Assembly: GCA_934215405.1 (NCBI GenBank)
Contig: CAKPZU010000001.1
Coordinates: forward strand, 1 to 58,383
Direction of reading: 5' to 3'
Length of the DNA: 58,383 nt
Origin: an uncultured Bacilli bacterium
GTDB lineage: Bacteria; Bacillota_I; Bacilli_A; RFN20; CAG-631
Shown here piece after piece: positions 51,117-58,383 of this stretch (position 1 is its first letter; the number at the start of each line of letters is the position of its first letter). The notes under the pieces are model-generated. The model saw only the letters and a list, made by a program, of their open reading frames with translations. It had not been told where the DNA came from and did no database searches. A program made the position numbers and the translations under genes.

Positions 51117-53453
51117 ATGAAAAAGAAAAAGATAATTGCTTTATTAATGGGGTTGGCAATAGTTGGCACACTAACTGCATGTGGCGGTGGTGATAGTACT
51201 CCATCAACTAATCCAGGTACAACAAATCCACCTGCTACCCAACCATCTGACAATCCTTCTATAGGATCAGACTCCACATATGACGAGACAATCGAATTAG
51301 CATCATATAAATCAGCTGCTATATCAAAATTAGATGAGATTGTGAATCCAGTCATTAAAAAAATCCCTGATGAGGATTTAAAAACTGCTATTAAAAATTA
51401 TTATAATACTGAAAAACAATACGTTAATGGAATCAATGACTTAGAAACAGCAAAGTTAGCAGTAAATAAGGTTATCGATGACACAAAAGCATTTGCTAAG
51501 GATACACTAAAACCTCTAGCAATTCAAAAATTAAATAGCGTGATCAATCCTTTGATTGAGAAGATAACATATGAAGAATTAAAGAATTCTGTTCAGTCAT
51601 TCTACAATACGGAAATGGCAAAAATTGATGCGACAGAAACCTTAACTGAGGTATCAGATACTTTCAAAGAAATATTAGACGATACAAAAACTTTTATAAG
51701 TACTGAAACTGAAAAAGTAATCATTGCATTAAAGAACAAGGCATTAGAAGAACTAGATCCATATGTTGCAGCATTAATTGCTAAGATTCCTTATGACACT
51801 TTAAAGACTGATACTCAAGCATTCTATAATGAAGAAAAGAAGAAACTAGAGGCAGTGGATTCTATCGAAGGATTCGAGCCTTGTGTTAAGGAAATTAGAG
51901 ATGATTTAGAAGAATATGCATTAGCTGAAACAAAGAAGATTGCAGTTACAAAATTGCAAGAAGTAATTGATGAAGGGATTGCTAAGATCCCAAATCCTGA
52001 ATTTAAGGAAGATTTAACTGAATTCTCAAAGACAGAGATTGCAAAGTTAAATGCAGTTACAGCAATTGAAGATGTTCCTAGTACTCTTACAACAGTAGTC
52101 ACTGAAACTGAAGCTCATATTCGGGGTTTATTAGTTAATACAGTTAAAGAATATGTTGCAAGATTAACAGCAGTAGAAACAGCAACAGCATATGATTATT
52201 TACCAGCTGCTATGAATCCTTCATATTCAAGTAATGTTGTCAATGCATCAAGCATAAATTATGATTTCACTTCATTCACGAATGTTTCAAGCATTAACCA
52301 AGCAGGTTATGGTGAACAATGGCAAATGGTAGTTGAAAACATCAATCAAAGCGTTGCAATGGCTAAGGTATTCAATGTTGCACAAACTGCATTAAGTTCT
52401 GCAGGTAATGCCGTAGATATCTATATTACAAATTCATATGCTGAAGAAATGTCACATACATTTAGTGGAAGTGGATATTCAGGTAAGTTTGAATTTAAGG
52501 ATGCAAAACTCGTCTTTAATATCACATTAACTAATTCAGTAACTGTTCCAGGATTTGGTTCAGTTAAACCTGTTATTAAGATGGAATATGATTTAATAAA
52601 AGAGGCAAAAGGAATGTTCATAAGCCTTGGCGATTCGTATAAAGTTAAATATGTCATTACAGAAAATGGCTACGAAATGGCTACAACATATGGATTAACA
52701 ATTGCTGGTAAGTCTGCGTCTAGATCATCGTATCTATCAATTGTTAAGAGCAATGGCAAAACGACAGGTCATATCTATGAATATACAACATATGAAGGTT
52801 CCGACAAAATCAAGGCATGTGCTGATTTCTATGTTGAAAACGGCTATGTATCAGTTGTTGGTAACAAGTCTTCAGGGATGACAGGATTTGATGGCTATAT
52901 CAATGAATTATATTCAGCAAATGAAGGTAGATTACTTGGCTATGAGGTAAGAGAAGAATTAACAATTGCTGGTGTCACTGGAACTTATAACACATTATGG
53001 TTCAATTTATGGGACATCCAAGGTATTAATTCCGTTAAAGTTACAGACAAAACTGATTCAAATAAATCGGGGAAAAGTACTGTAGATGTATACTTAAATG
53101 GCTCTTCAACTCTTTTATCTCCAACATATAACACAAAACTTACAGTTAAAACTAGTCGTAAATATGACATCGAATATAGAACAAGATATTACTATACTTA
53201 TAATGCTGAAACAGGAACTTACGTTTCAAATGCAGTGCAAGTACCTATGATGTTCATTCAAGAAGGAGATAATTATAATTCATTCTCTACAGATATGCTA
53301 AAAGACAATGGTGTTACAGCATCGGTATCACTTCCTCAAACACATTTGAATAAGATTCTTTCTGATTATGACACATTAATCGATATCTTTATTGCAAATA
53401 AGGATGCTATGTCATCTGAAGCTATCATTGCATATTTAGAACAATACGAATAA
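51117..53453 (+). CDS. Large surface lipoprotein: P/T-rich linker, four about 70-aa helical repeats, about 430-aa C-terminal domain
   Basis: RBS ggaggtgg and lipobox LTAC. Repeats of the pattern K..A...L...V.P.I.KIP...LK.....FYN.E... occur four times. Confidence 0.8.
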   Translation: MKKKKIIALLMGLAIVGTLTACGGGDSTPSTNPGTTNPPATQPSDNPSIGSDSTYDETIELASYKSAAISKLDEIVNPVIKKIPDEDLKTAIKNYYNTEKQYVNGINDLETAKLAVNKVIDDTKAFAKDTLKPLAIQKLNSVINPLIEKITYEELKNSVQSFYNTEMAKIDATETLTEVSDTFKEILDDTKTFISTETEKVIIALKNKALEELDPYVAALIAKIPYDTLKTDTQAFYNEEKKKLEAVDSIEGFEPCVKEIRDDLEEYALAETKKIAVTKLQEVIDEGIAKIPNPEFKEDLTEFSKTEIAKLNAVTAIEDVPSTLTTVVTETEAHIRGLLVNTVKEYVARLTAVETATAYDYLPAAMNPSYSSNVVNASSINYDFTSFTNVSSINQAGYGEQWQMVVENINQSVAMAKVFNVAQTALSSAGNAVDIYITNSYAEEMSHTFSGSGYSGKFEFKDAKLVFNITLTNSVTVPGFGSVKPVIKMEYDLIKEAKGMFISLGDSYKVKYVITENGYEMATTYGLTIAGKSASRSSYLSIVKSNGKTTGHIYEYTTYEGSDKIKACADFYVENGYVSVVGNKSSGMTGFDGYINELYSANEGRLLGYEVREELTIAGVTGTYNTLWFNLWDIQGINSVKVTDKTDSNKSGKSTVDVYLNGSSTLLSPTYNTKLTVKTSRKYDIEYRTRYYYTYNAETGTYVSNAVQVPMMFIQEGDNYNSFSTDMLKDNGVTASVSLPQTHLNKILSDYDTLIDIFIANKDAMSSEAIIAYLEQYE

Positions 53454-53461
53454 AAACTAAG

Positions 53462-53490
53462 ACCTTCATCAGAAATGTTGGAGGTTTTTT
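53462..53490 (+). terminator. Rho-independent terminator of the XRE-lipoprotein operon
   Basis: accttca-(10 nt)-tggaggt (one G·U pair) running into T6, 9 nt after the TAA. Confidence 0.55.
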
Positions 53491-53731
53491 CTATGAAAAC
53501 TAAATAAGACAAATTTTAAAACTAGTGCATTTATGTTTTAATAAAATCAAGGAAGTGAGAACATATGAAATGGTCAACTAACACATATTGAAACAACAGA
53601 ATTGATACCAAAAATATCAGTTCTTTTTTCATTTTTAAGGGCTATTTTGCTTGTTTTAGGCTTATTTTTGCTTTAATTCAGGTGAAGTAGCCCTTTTTTA
53701 TTTGCTCATTTTATCGACTCCTATTTGTGAG

Positions 53732-53778
53732 AAGCACGAAAAGCACGATTTAACTAGCAAAAAGCACGAAAAGCACGA
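53732..53778. repeat. Four AAGCACGA boxes at offsets 0, 10, 30 and 40
   Basis: aagcacgaaaagcacga occurs at 53732 and again at 53762. Confidence 0.75.
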
Positions 53779-53909
53779 ATATACCTTAATCCCTGTTAAT
53801 AGGCCTCTAGGGGAAGATGTTTAAGACCTTTTTTGCGGTTATATGGAAGTTGGCCACAAAATTTTTGGATGCTTTCTAAACTTTCCCTGAACAATTAAGG
53901 GCAAAACGG

Positions 53910-53938
53910 TAGACAAAACTAGTACTATATAGTACAAT
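53910..53938 (+). promoter_or_regulatory. Promoter with an overlapping perfect 14-bp palindrome (candidate MarR operator)
   Basis: tagaca (53910), 17 nt, tacaat (53933). gtactatatagtac (53922..53935) is self-complementary and spans the spacer and the -10. Confidence 0.5.
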
Positions 53939-53954
53939 ATATCAGGGCGATAGA

Positions 53955-54620
53955 ATGGTTATTAGCATTAAGGATAAGATTAAGAACATCAACGCGGTCA
54001 TCGGCTGCAACATCGGCTGCAGGTACTGCTACGCCAAAGCGGTGGCAAATAGATTCCACCTGACAGACGATTTCTCTAAGCCAATTGCGGATTTGCATAA
54101 ATTAGAAAGATTAAGAAAGCCTGGAGTATATTTTCTGACGGGAATGTCTGATTTGCATCTATGGAAAAAGGAGTGGCTTGATAAGTCGTTCGAATTATTG
54201 AGGAAATCTCCGAAAACAGTGGGGATATATTTAACTAAAGCCCCAAATAAAATAAAGCTTGACGACATTCCCGATAATGCTTGGATGGGGGTCACCATCA
54301 CATCTAAATCGGATCTATGGAGGTTGAAAGCATTAAAGGAAAATATCAAATGCAAGAACTATCACGTTACGTTTGAGCCGTTATTCGAGGATTTAGGCGA
54401 CATTGATTTATCGGAAATTAAATGGATAGTCATTGGAACAGAGACCGGGAAATGCAAGGGAAAGATAGATGCCAAAAAGGAATGGGCCGATCATTTGGTT
54501 GATGTCGCTAGAAAATACGGCTGTAAGATTTTTTTCAAAGAAGAGCTTGTTAATAAAATTATGGGCGAAGAAAACGCAATTCAAGAGCTCGCTTTAGAAA
54601 TGGAGGAAGCATTGAAATGA
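53955..54620 (+). CDS. Phage Gp37/Gp68-like (DUF5131) protein with a CxxxCxxC radical-SAM-type motif
   Basis: GCNIGCRYCYAK, FLTGMSDL, NAWMGVTITS, TFEPLFEDLGDIDLSEIKWIVIGTETG and KIFFKEEL fit the recalled DUF5131 block order. Confidence 0.65.
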   Translation: MVISIKDKIKNINAVIGCNIGCRYCYAKAVANRFHLTDDFSKPIADLHKLERLRKPGVYFLTGMSDLHLWKKEWLDKSFELLRKSPKTVGIYLTKAPNKIKLDDIPDNAWMGVTITSKSDLWRLKALKENIKCKNYHVTFEPLFEDLGDIDLSEIKWIVIGTETGKCKGKIDAKKEWADHLVDVARKYGCKIFFKEELVNKIMGEENAIQELALEMEEALK

Positions 54621-55048
54621 AAAAACATTATGGTGGAACTTTTATCTCTCAAATCAAGCAGCTTCAAGATAGAATTTTCAACAAGATTCTAAAAGAAGAT
54701 GGCATATACGAATTCAACGGTCAGCAAGGGAGGATCCTATTTTCTTTATGGAAAGACGAGAAACTCTCCTTGATCGAATTATCAAAAAGGACTTCTTTGG
54801 CTAAAACAACATTGTCCTCGATGGTCGAGAGGATGAAGAACGACGGCCTTTTGATTGTCGAGGAATCCAAAGAGGACAAAAGGAGTCTAATTATCTATTT
54901 AAGCAACAAGACACTCTCGCTTGAAAGCAAGATAAATAGGGCCACGAAAAGAATGGGCGATATTTTCTACAAAGGCCTTGGCGAAGAAGAGGCAAGCGAG
55001 TTAGATAGATTGTTAAATAAGGTAAAGGAGAATCTAAAAGATGAATAA
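54617..55048 (+). CDS. MarR-family transcriptional regulator
   Basis: ATGA overlap upstream and an 8-nt overlap downstream. Winged-helix pattern GRILFSLWKDEKLSLIELSKRTSLAKTTLSSMVERMKNDGLLIVEESKEDKRS. Confidence 0.8.
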   Translation: MKKHYGGTFISQIKQLQDRIFNKILKEDGIYEFNGQQGRILFSLWKDEKLSLIELSKRTSLAKTTLSSMVERMKNDGLLIVEESKEDKRSLIIYLSNKTLSLESKINRATKRMGDIFYKGLGEEEASELDRLLNKVKENLKDE

Positions 55049-55955
55049 GAACGTAATCATAAGGCAAATCCAAGTCAAAGACATAATGACCAAATCCAAC
55101 GCTCCTATAGGAGGATATTGCGTCAACCCCTATGTCGGATGCACCCATGGTTGCAAATACTGTTATGCCTCATTCATGAAAAGATTCACAGGTCACACGG
55201 AAGAATGGGGAACATTTTTGGATATCAAGAACTGGCAGCCAATCAAGAATCTAGATAAATTCAAAGGCGAGCATATCATCATTGGGACTGTAACCGATGG
55301 CTATCTGCCAGAAGAAGCCAAATACAAAAACACTAGAAAACTATTGGAACAATTGGTGGGTGTTGACGCAGAACTATTGATATGCACGAAATCTGATTTA
55401 GTAGTTAGGGATTTGGATTTGTTAAAGAAATTCGACAAAGTCACGGTTTCTTGGTCAATTAACACCTTAGACGAAGGTTTCAGAAGTGATATGGACGATT
55501 CCATGTCAATAGAAAGAAAATTAAAGGCAATGAAAAAAGTGTATGATGCTGGGATTAGGACGGTATGCTTCATTTCGCCGGTATTTCCAGGCATCACAGA
55601 CTTCAATAAGATATTCGATTTAGTTAAAGATCAATGCGATTTGATATGGCTTGAAAACCTTAACCTTAGAGGTGGATTCAAAGGGAAAATAATGGATTAT
55701 ATCAAAGAAAAGCACCCTGATTTGTATCCTTTATACGAAAAGATATATAAGAAAAAAGACAGGTGCTTTTTTGAAAAATTAGAAAAAGAGGCTGAACAAT
55801 TAGCCAAAGATAACGATTGCCCATTCGTGGATAACGAAACACCATATGGAAGAGCCAAAAAAGGTCATCCAGTAATTGTCGATTATTTCTATCACGAAGA
55901 GGTTAGAGGCTCAAACAACACAGGAAAAAGAAATAGGAAGCAAGAGGGAAGATAA
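55041..55955 (+). CDS. Radical SAM protein, SplB / DNA-photolyase-like (COG1533-type)
   Basis: NPYVGCTHGCKYCYASFMKRF carries CxxxCxxC in the context typical of this family. About 300 aa. Confidence 0.65.
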   Translation: MNKNVIIRQIQVKDIMTKSNAPIGGYCVNPYVGCTHGCKYCYASFMKRFTGHTEEWGTFLDIKNWQPIKNLDKFKGEHIIIGTVTDGYLPEEAKYKNTRKLLEQLVGVDAELLICTKSDLVVRDLDLLKKFDKVTVSWSINTLDEGFRSDMDDSMSIERKLKAMKKVYDAGIRTVCFISPVFPGITDFNKIFDLVKDQCDLIWLENLNLRGGFKGKIMDYIKEKHPDLYPLYEKIYKKKDRCFFEKLEKEAEQLAKDNDCPFVDNETPYGRAKKGHPVIVDYFYHEEVRGSNNTGKRNRKQEGR

Positions 55956-55975
55956 GTTAAAGGCAGCAATCACAT

Positions 55976-56268
55976 ATGATGCAAAAAACAAATAGCGCTT
56001 TCCATTATTTTAGAAGAACTGAATATTTTTTATATATTTAATACCGAAACAAACGAAGAAGAGGTAATAGATAATGGTGGATATACCCATCATAATCTAG
56101 CCGCATATCTAAAGTTGCTTAGCGTATCAACCTTAATTTGTGGTGGGATTGGCCTCTTGCGGAGTTGAAGCTGCGACTGCTTCAGGCCTTGATTTGATAT
56201 TAGGAGTCGCTGGTGATATCAAAGACGTAATTAAAGCGTTTAAAGATGGAAACTTTACATGGTAATCC
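55976..56268 (+). pseudogene. NifB/NifX-like (dinitrogenase FeMo-cofactor-binding fold) small protein, at least two frameshifts
   Basis: MMQKTNSAFHYFRRTEYFLYI | IFNTETNEEEVIDNGGYTHHNLAAYLKLLSVSTLICGGIG | ASCGVEAATASGLDLILGVAGDIKDVIKAFKDGNF read in three frames. The order matches HFG...F.IY...GHH..L..FL...GV..VICGGIG..A...L...GI...G..GD. Confidence 0.55.
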
Positions 56269-56513
56269 AAATGCCATGCATCGGTGAAGCATTGAAGGAC
56301 ATCATCACGAACATTAATTGAATAATACACCATTTTTCGGCAAGATGAGTGGCTTTTTTGATAAGGTAGGAAATGGTATGTAATTATATTAAATGTTATG
56401 TTTTTAGACAAATAGAGTGAATAGGTTTTATACGAGTAAAGTATTAAGCCTTTTATTTTATAGTATTAATTCATATAAAAATTTATTTATAAATGCGTTT
56501 ATTTTTTTTTTTT

Positions 56514-56573
56514 TTGAAAAAAGTGCACTTAAATACTTGAAAAAAGTGCACTTAAATACTTGAAAAAAGTGCA
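56514..56573. repeat. 23-bp tandem repeat x2.6 (ttgaaaaaagtgcacttaaatac) preceded by T14
   Basis: Identical copies at 56514..56536 and 56537..56559, with a partial copy at 56560..56573. The T14 run is at 56502..56515. Confidence 0.85.
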
Positions 56574-56790
56574 TCATTAGAGTAAAATTATATTGAAAGG
56601 TGACAAACTATTAGAAAGTCAAGGGAAAAATTAAAAACATAACAAAAATTCTTTAAAAAGTGGATAAAATTGAAAATTTTCCTTGAGCCAATGACTCTTC
56701 GTCAATTTTTCAATTTCGATTTTCTAAAGTCTGTAATTATATTGAGATCTTTTACAACTAAATAATTAGTTTAATCACAACTAAAAACTA

Positions 56791-57960
56791 CTATCTAAGA
56801 AGAGCAGGATCAAAAGTAATATTGTTTTTCTCAAGTGTAAAGATTACCCTTAATAATTTCTTTGCAGTATGAGTTAAAGCTACGTAATGCGATTTTCTTT
56901 CATCACGTTTTTTCTTGTAATAATCATAAAGAACTGGATATCTTCCAAGTAAAATAAACGTTCCGTAGATGAGTGCATTTCTAAGTGTTCCATCTCCATG
57001 TTTCACCATTGCTTGATTGTAATCAACTAAACCTGATTGATATCTACCAGATTCCATGCCAGCAAAAGCAAGGCATTGTCCCCAATTCTTAAATGTTTTA
57101 AAACCATTAAATCCAGCATATATGATAGCAATATAGTTAATGCTGAACCATTTGATTCCAAGCATTCTAGGAGATAATGCTATAACAGACTCTTTGATTT
57201 TAGCTTCATATATTTCTACTTGTTTATCTAAAATTAAGTAGATTTCAATTTGCGATTTTAACATAGTAATGTGAAGTTCATCAAAAAAGCCAATTGTATT
57301 TTTGGCAAGTTCTTTAAGTTCAAGAAATTTGGCATATGAAATAACATGACGTAAATCTTTCTTCATGTTGTTATAAGAATCAATAGTCATATTAGCAATA
57401 TGATTAGGTGTTATATACTTTTTAAGAATATAAAGAGCATTACCTGTCAATTTTCCACCAAAGAATATCTTAAATTCTGGAAACACGATATCAAGAAGAT
57501 TAGTAAGTTCTATTAATTGTCTAGAACGTTGTTTAACAAGTACTTCTCTTTCTCTTGTTAATGACTTAAGAGCATAAATGTGGTAAAATTCTCTTGGATA
57601 GGTATTGCACTCATTCTCTTCCAAGTAAGAAGTTATGATTTGGCTATCAACAAAATCATTTTTATTTCTTCTTAAAGTCTTGGTTTTACGATACGATGCT
57701 ATAAAATAAGGGTTAATTTCACAAACATCGTAATTGTTCTTGTGCAAGAAGCTAATTAAGTTCATGTGGTAATGACCAGTTGCTTCTAAACCTATCTTTT
57801 TTTGTTGTGATTTATCTAACGAATTTAGGATCGTTAGTAATTTGTTAAAGCCATCAAGAGTATTATCAAAATACTCACCACTATTGATGACTTCACCATT
57901 GCTGTTACTAATATAAACAGCATGTTTAAATTTGGCAATATCAATGCCTATATAGTACAT
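56791..57960 (-). CDS. IS110-family (DEDD) transposase, apparently intact
   Basis: MYYIGIDIAKFKHAV...GLEATGHYHMNL...EINP at the N-terminus. The C-terminal part has AFAGMESGRYQSG...HGDGTLRNAL. 389 aa, uninterrupted. Confidence 0.85.
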   Translation of the reverse strand: MYYIGIDIAKFKHAVYISNSNGEVINSGEYFDNTLDGFNKLLTILNSLDKSQQKKIGLEATGHYHMNLISFLHKNNYDVCEINPYFIASYRKTKTLRRNKNDFVDSQIITSYLEENECNTYPREFYHIYALKSLTREREVLVKQRSRQLIELTNLLDIVFPEFKIFFGGKLTGNALYILKKYITPNHIANMTIDSYNNMKKDLRHVISYAKFLELKELAKNTIGFFDELHITMLKSQIEIYLILDKQVEIYEAKIKESVIALSPRMLGIKWFSINYIAIIYAGFNGFKTFKNWGQCLAFAGMESGRYQSGLVDYNQAMVKHGDGTLRNALIYGTFILLGRYPVLYDYYKKKRDERKSHYVALTHTAKKLLRVIFTLEKNNITFDPALLR

Positions 57961-58252
57961 AAAAGTACCTCCTTTGTTTTAGCACTGTTGTTTGACACAG
58001 GTTCTATTTATGTATTCACGCATACAAACATTCAAGATGTAACAAACTATTAACAATGAATTAAATAAAAACTGTGGTAAGAGTCACCATTCAAACAGTC
58101 AGTAGTACTGCCGTAAAAAAATGCTACAAATCCACAGTGCTTAATATATTATAACATTGATGGCCAACCAATGTTATAAACTAAAATTGTTGGCTAGAAA
58201 GGAGTAACGATTTAGTTATCTTTCTAGATAATTAAATTGTACGTGATTAACT

Positions 58253-58383
58253 ATGCCAATTAAACTTGAAAATTATAAAGAACGATTAATTGATAAAACT
58301 ATTGATTTATATTTAAAAACATTTAAAGCAATTCAAATTGTTGGTCCAAAATGGTGCGGCAAAACATGGACTAGTATGCATCA
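58253..58383 (+). CDS. AAA-type ATPase (AAA_14/DUF4143-like), 3'-truncated by the window edge
   Basis: MPIKLENYKERLIDKTIDLYLKTFKAIQIVGPKWCGKTWTSMH; the P-loop GPKWCGKT is typical of this family. Confidence 0.55.
   Translation, partial: MPIKLENYKERLIDKTIDLYLKTFKAIQIVGPKWCGKTWTSMH

Noticed and set aside
53565-53690. A small ORF with an RBS (MKWSTNTY-TGA-NNRIDTKN...FACFRLIFALIQVK) that would be about 41 aa if TGA were read through.
   Set aside because: It overlaps the duplicated tRNA-flank and terminator-like sequence, shows no conservation signal, and is only 8 codons long under the standard code.
56133-56411. A 92-aa minus-strand track ORF.
   Set aside because: It is antisense to the frameshifted NifB/NifX-like remnant, whose + strand frames carry the recognisable ICGGIG and GVAGD blocks.
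56514-56573. A CRISPR array, considered also for the repeats at 47737..47791.
   Set aside because: The units are directly adjacent (23-bp head-to-tail) or separated by only 5-6 nt. There are no spacers of CRISPR length, no cas genes, and only 2.6-3 units.
1-58383. About 35 short track ORFs (60-130 aa) lie antisense or out of frame inside long, well-supported genes. Examples: 5061..5264, 5997..6254, 8079..8306, 10438..10623, 11865..12104, 16826..17032, 21109..21477, 33315..33539, 50383..50742, 51824..52102, 54029..54355, 55301..55606.
   Set aside because: They are nested in genes with clear family signatures and have low-complexity, AT-codon-driven sequences (rich in F/L/I/Y/N/K). None has an RBS or a recognisable motif.

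Overview
The window is low-GC (hand counts on sample lines give about 23-30% G+C) and looks like a Bacillota/Mollicutes-like genome. All family calls rest on motif recall and internal paralogy; no database search was possible.

Layout:
- Most of the window is three CUT1-type carbohydrate ABC uptake loci: A at 2.3-11.6 kb, B at 16.5-27.1 kb, C at 36.7-47.3 kb.
- These loci carry many lipobox lipoproteins, predicted glycoside hydrolases (GH20-, GH127-, GH78-like and clan GH-A-like) and SGNH esterases.
- A clear rhaD-rhaA-rhaB operon sits next to a divergent AraC regulator.
- None of the three loci encodes its own ATPase. The single MsmK/MalK-type ATPase (30.4-32.3 kb) is frameshifted.

Features not visible in the ORF track:
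1. A run of disrupted genes lies between 27.9 and 47.3 kb. It includes in-frame TAG and TGA stops, homopolymer frameshifts and a 4-bp duplication. One case is a 324-codon continuation of a surface protein beyond an in-frame TGA.
2. An IS30-like element has a transposase frame that the track misses, because codon 10 is a stop and no start codon follows it.
3. There are two IS110-family elements, one decayed and one intact.
4. tRNA-Gly(GCC) is followed by a mosaic island. It holds the IS30 element, an operon for a membrane-tethered XRE regulator, a small membrane protein and a lipoprotein, and a visibly higher-GC three-gene operon (radical-SAM, MarR, radical-SAM) with a decayed NifB/NifX-like gene.
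5. Phased short-repeat arrays share a CACGA core.
6. Two large surface proteins share a C-terminal tail of KKGCKGS, a hydrophobic helix and a basic end.
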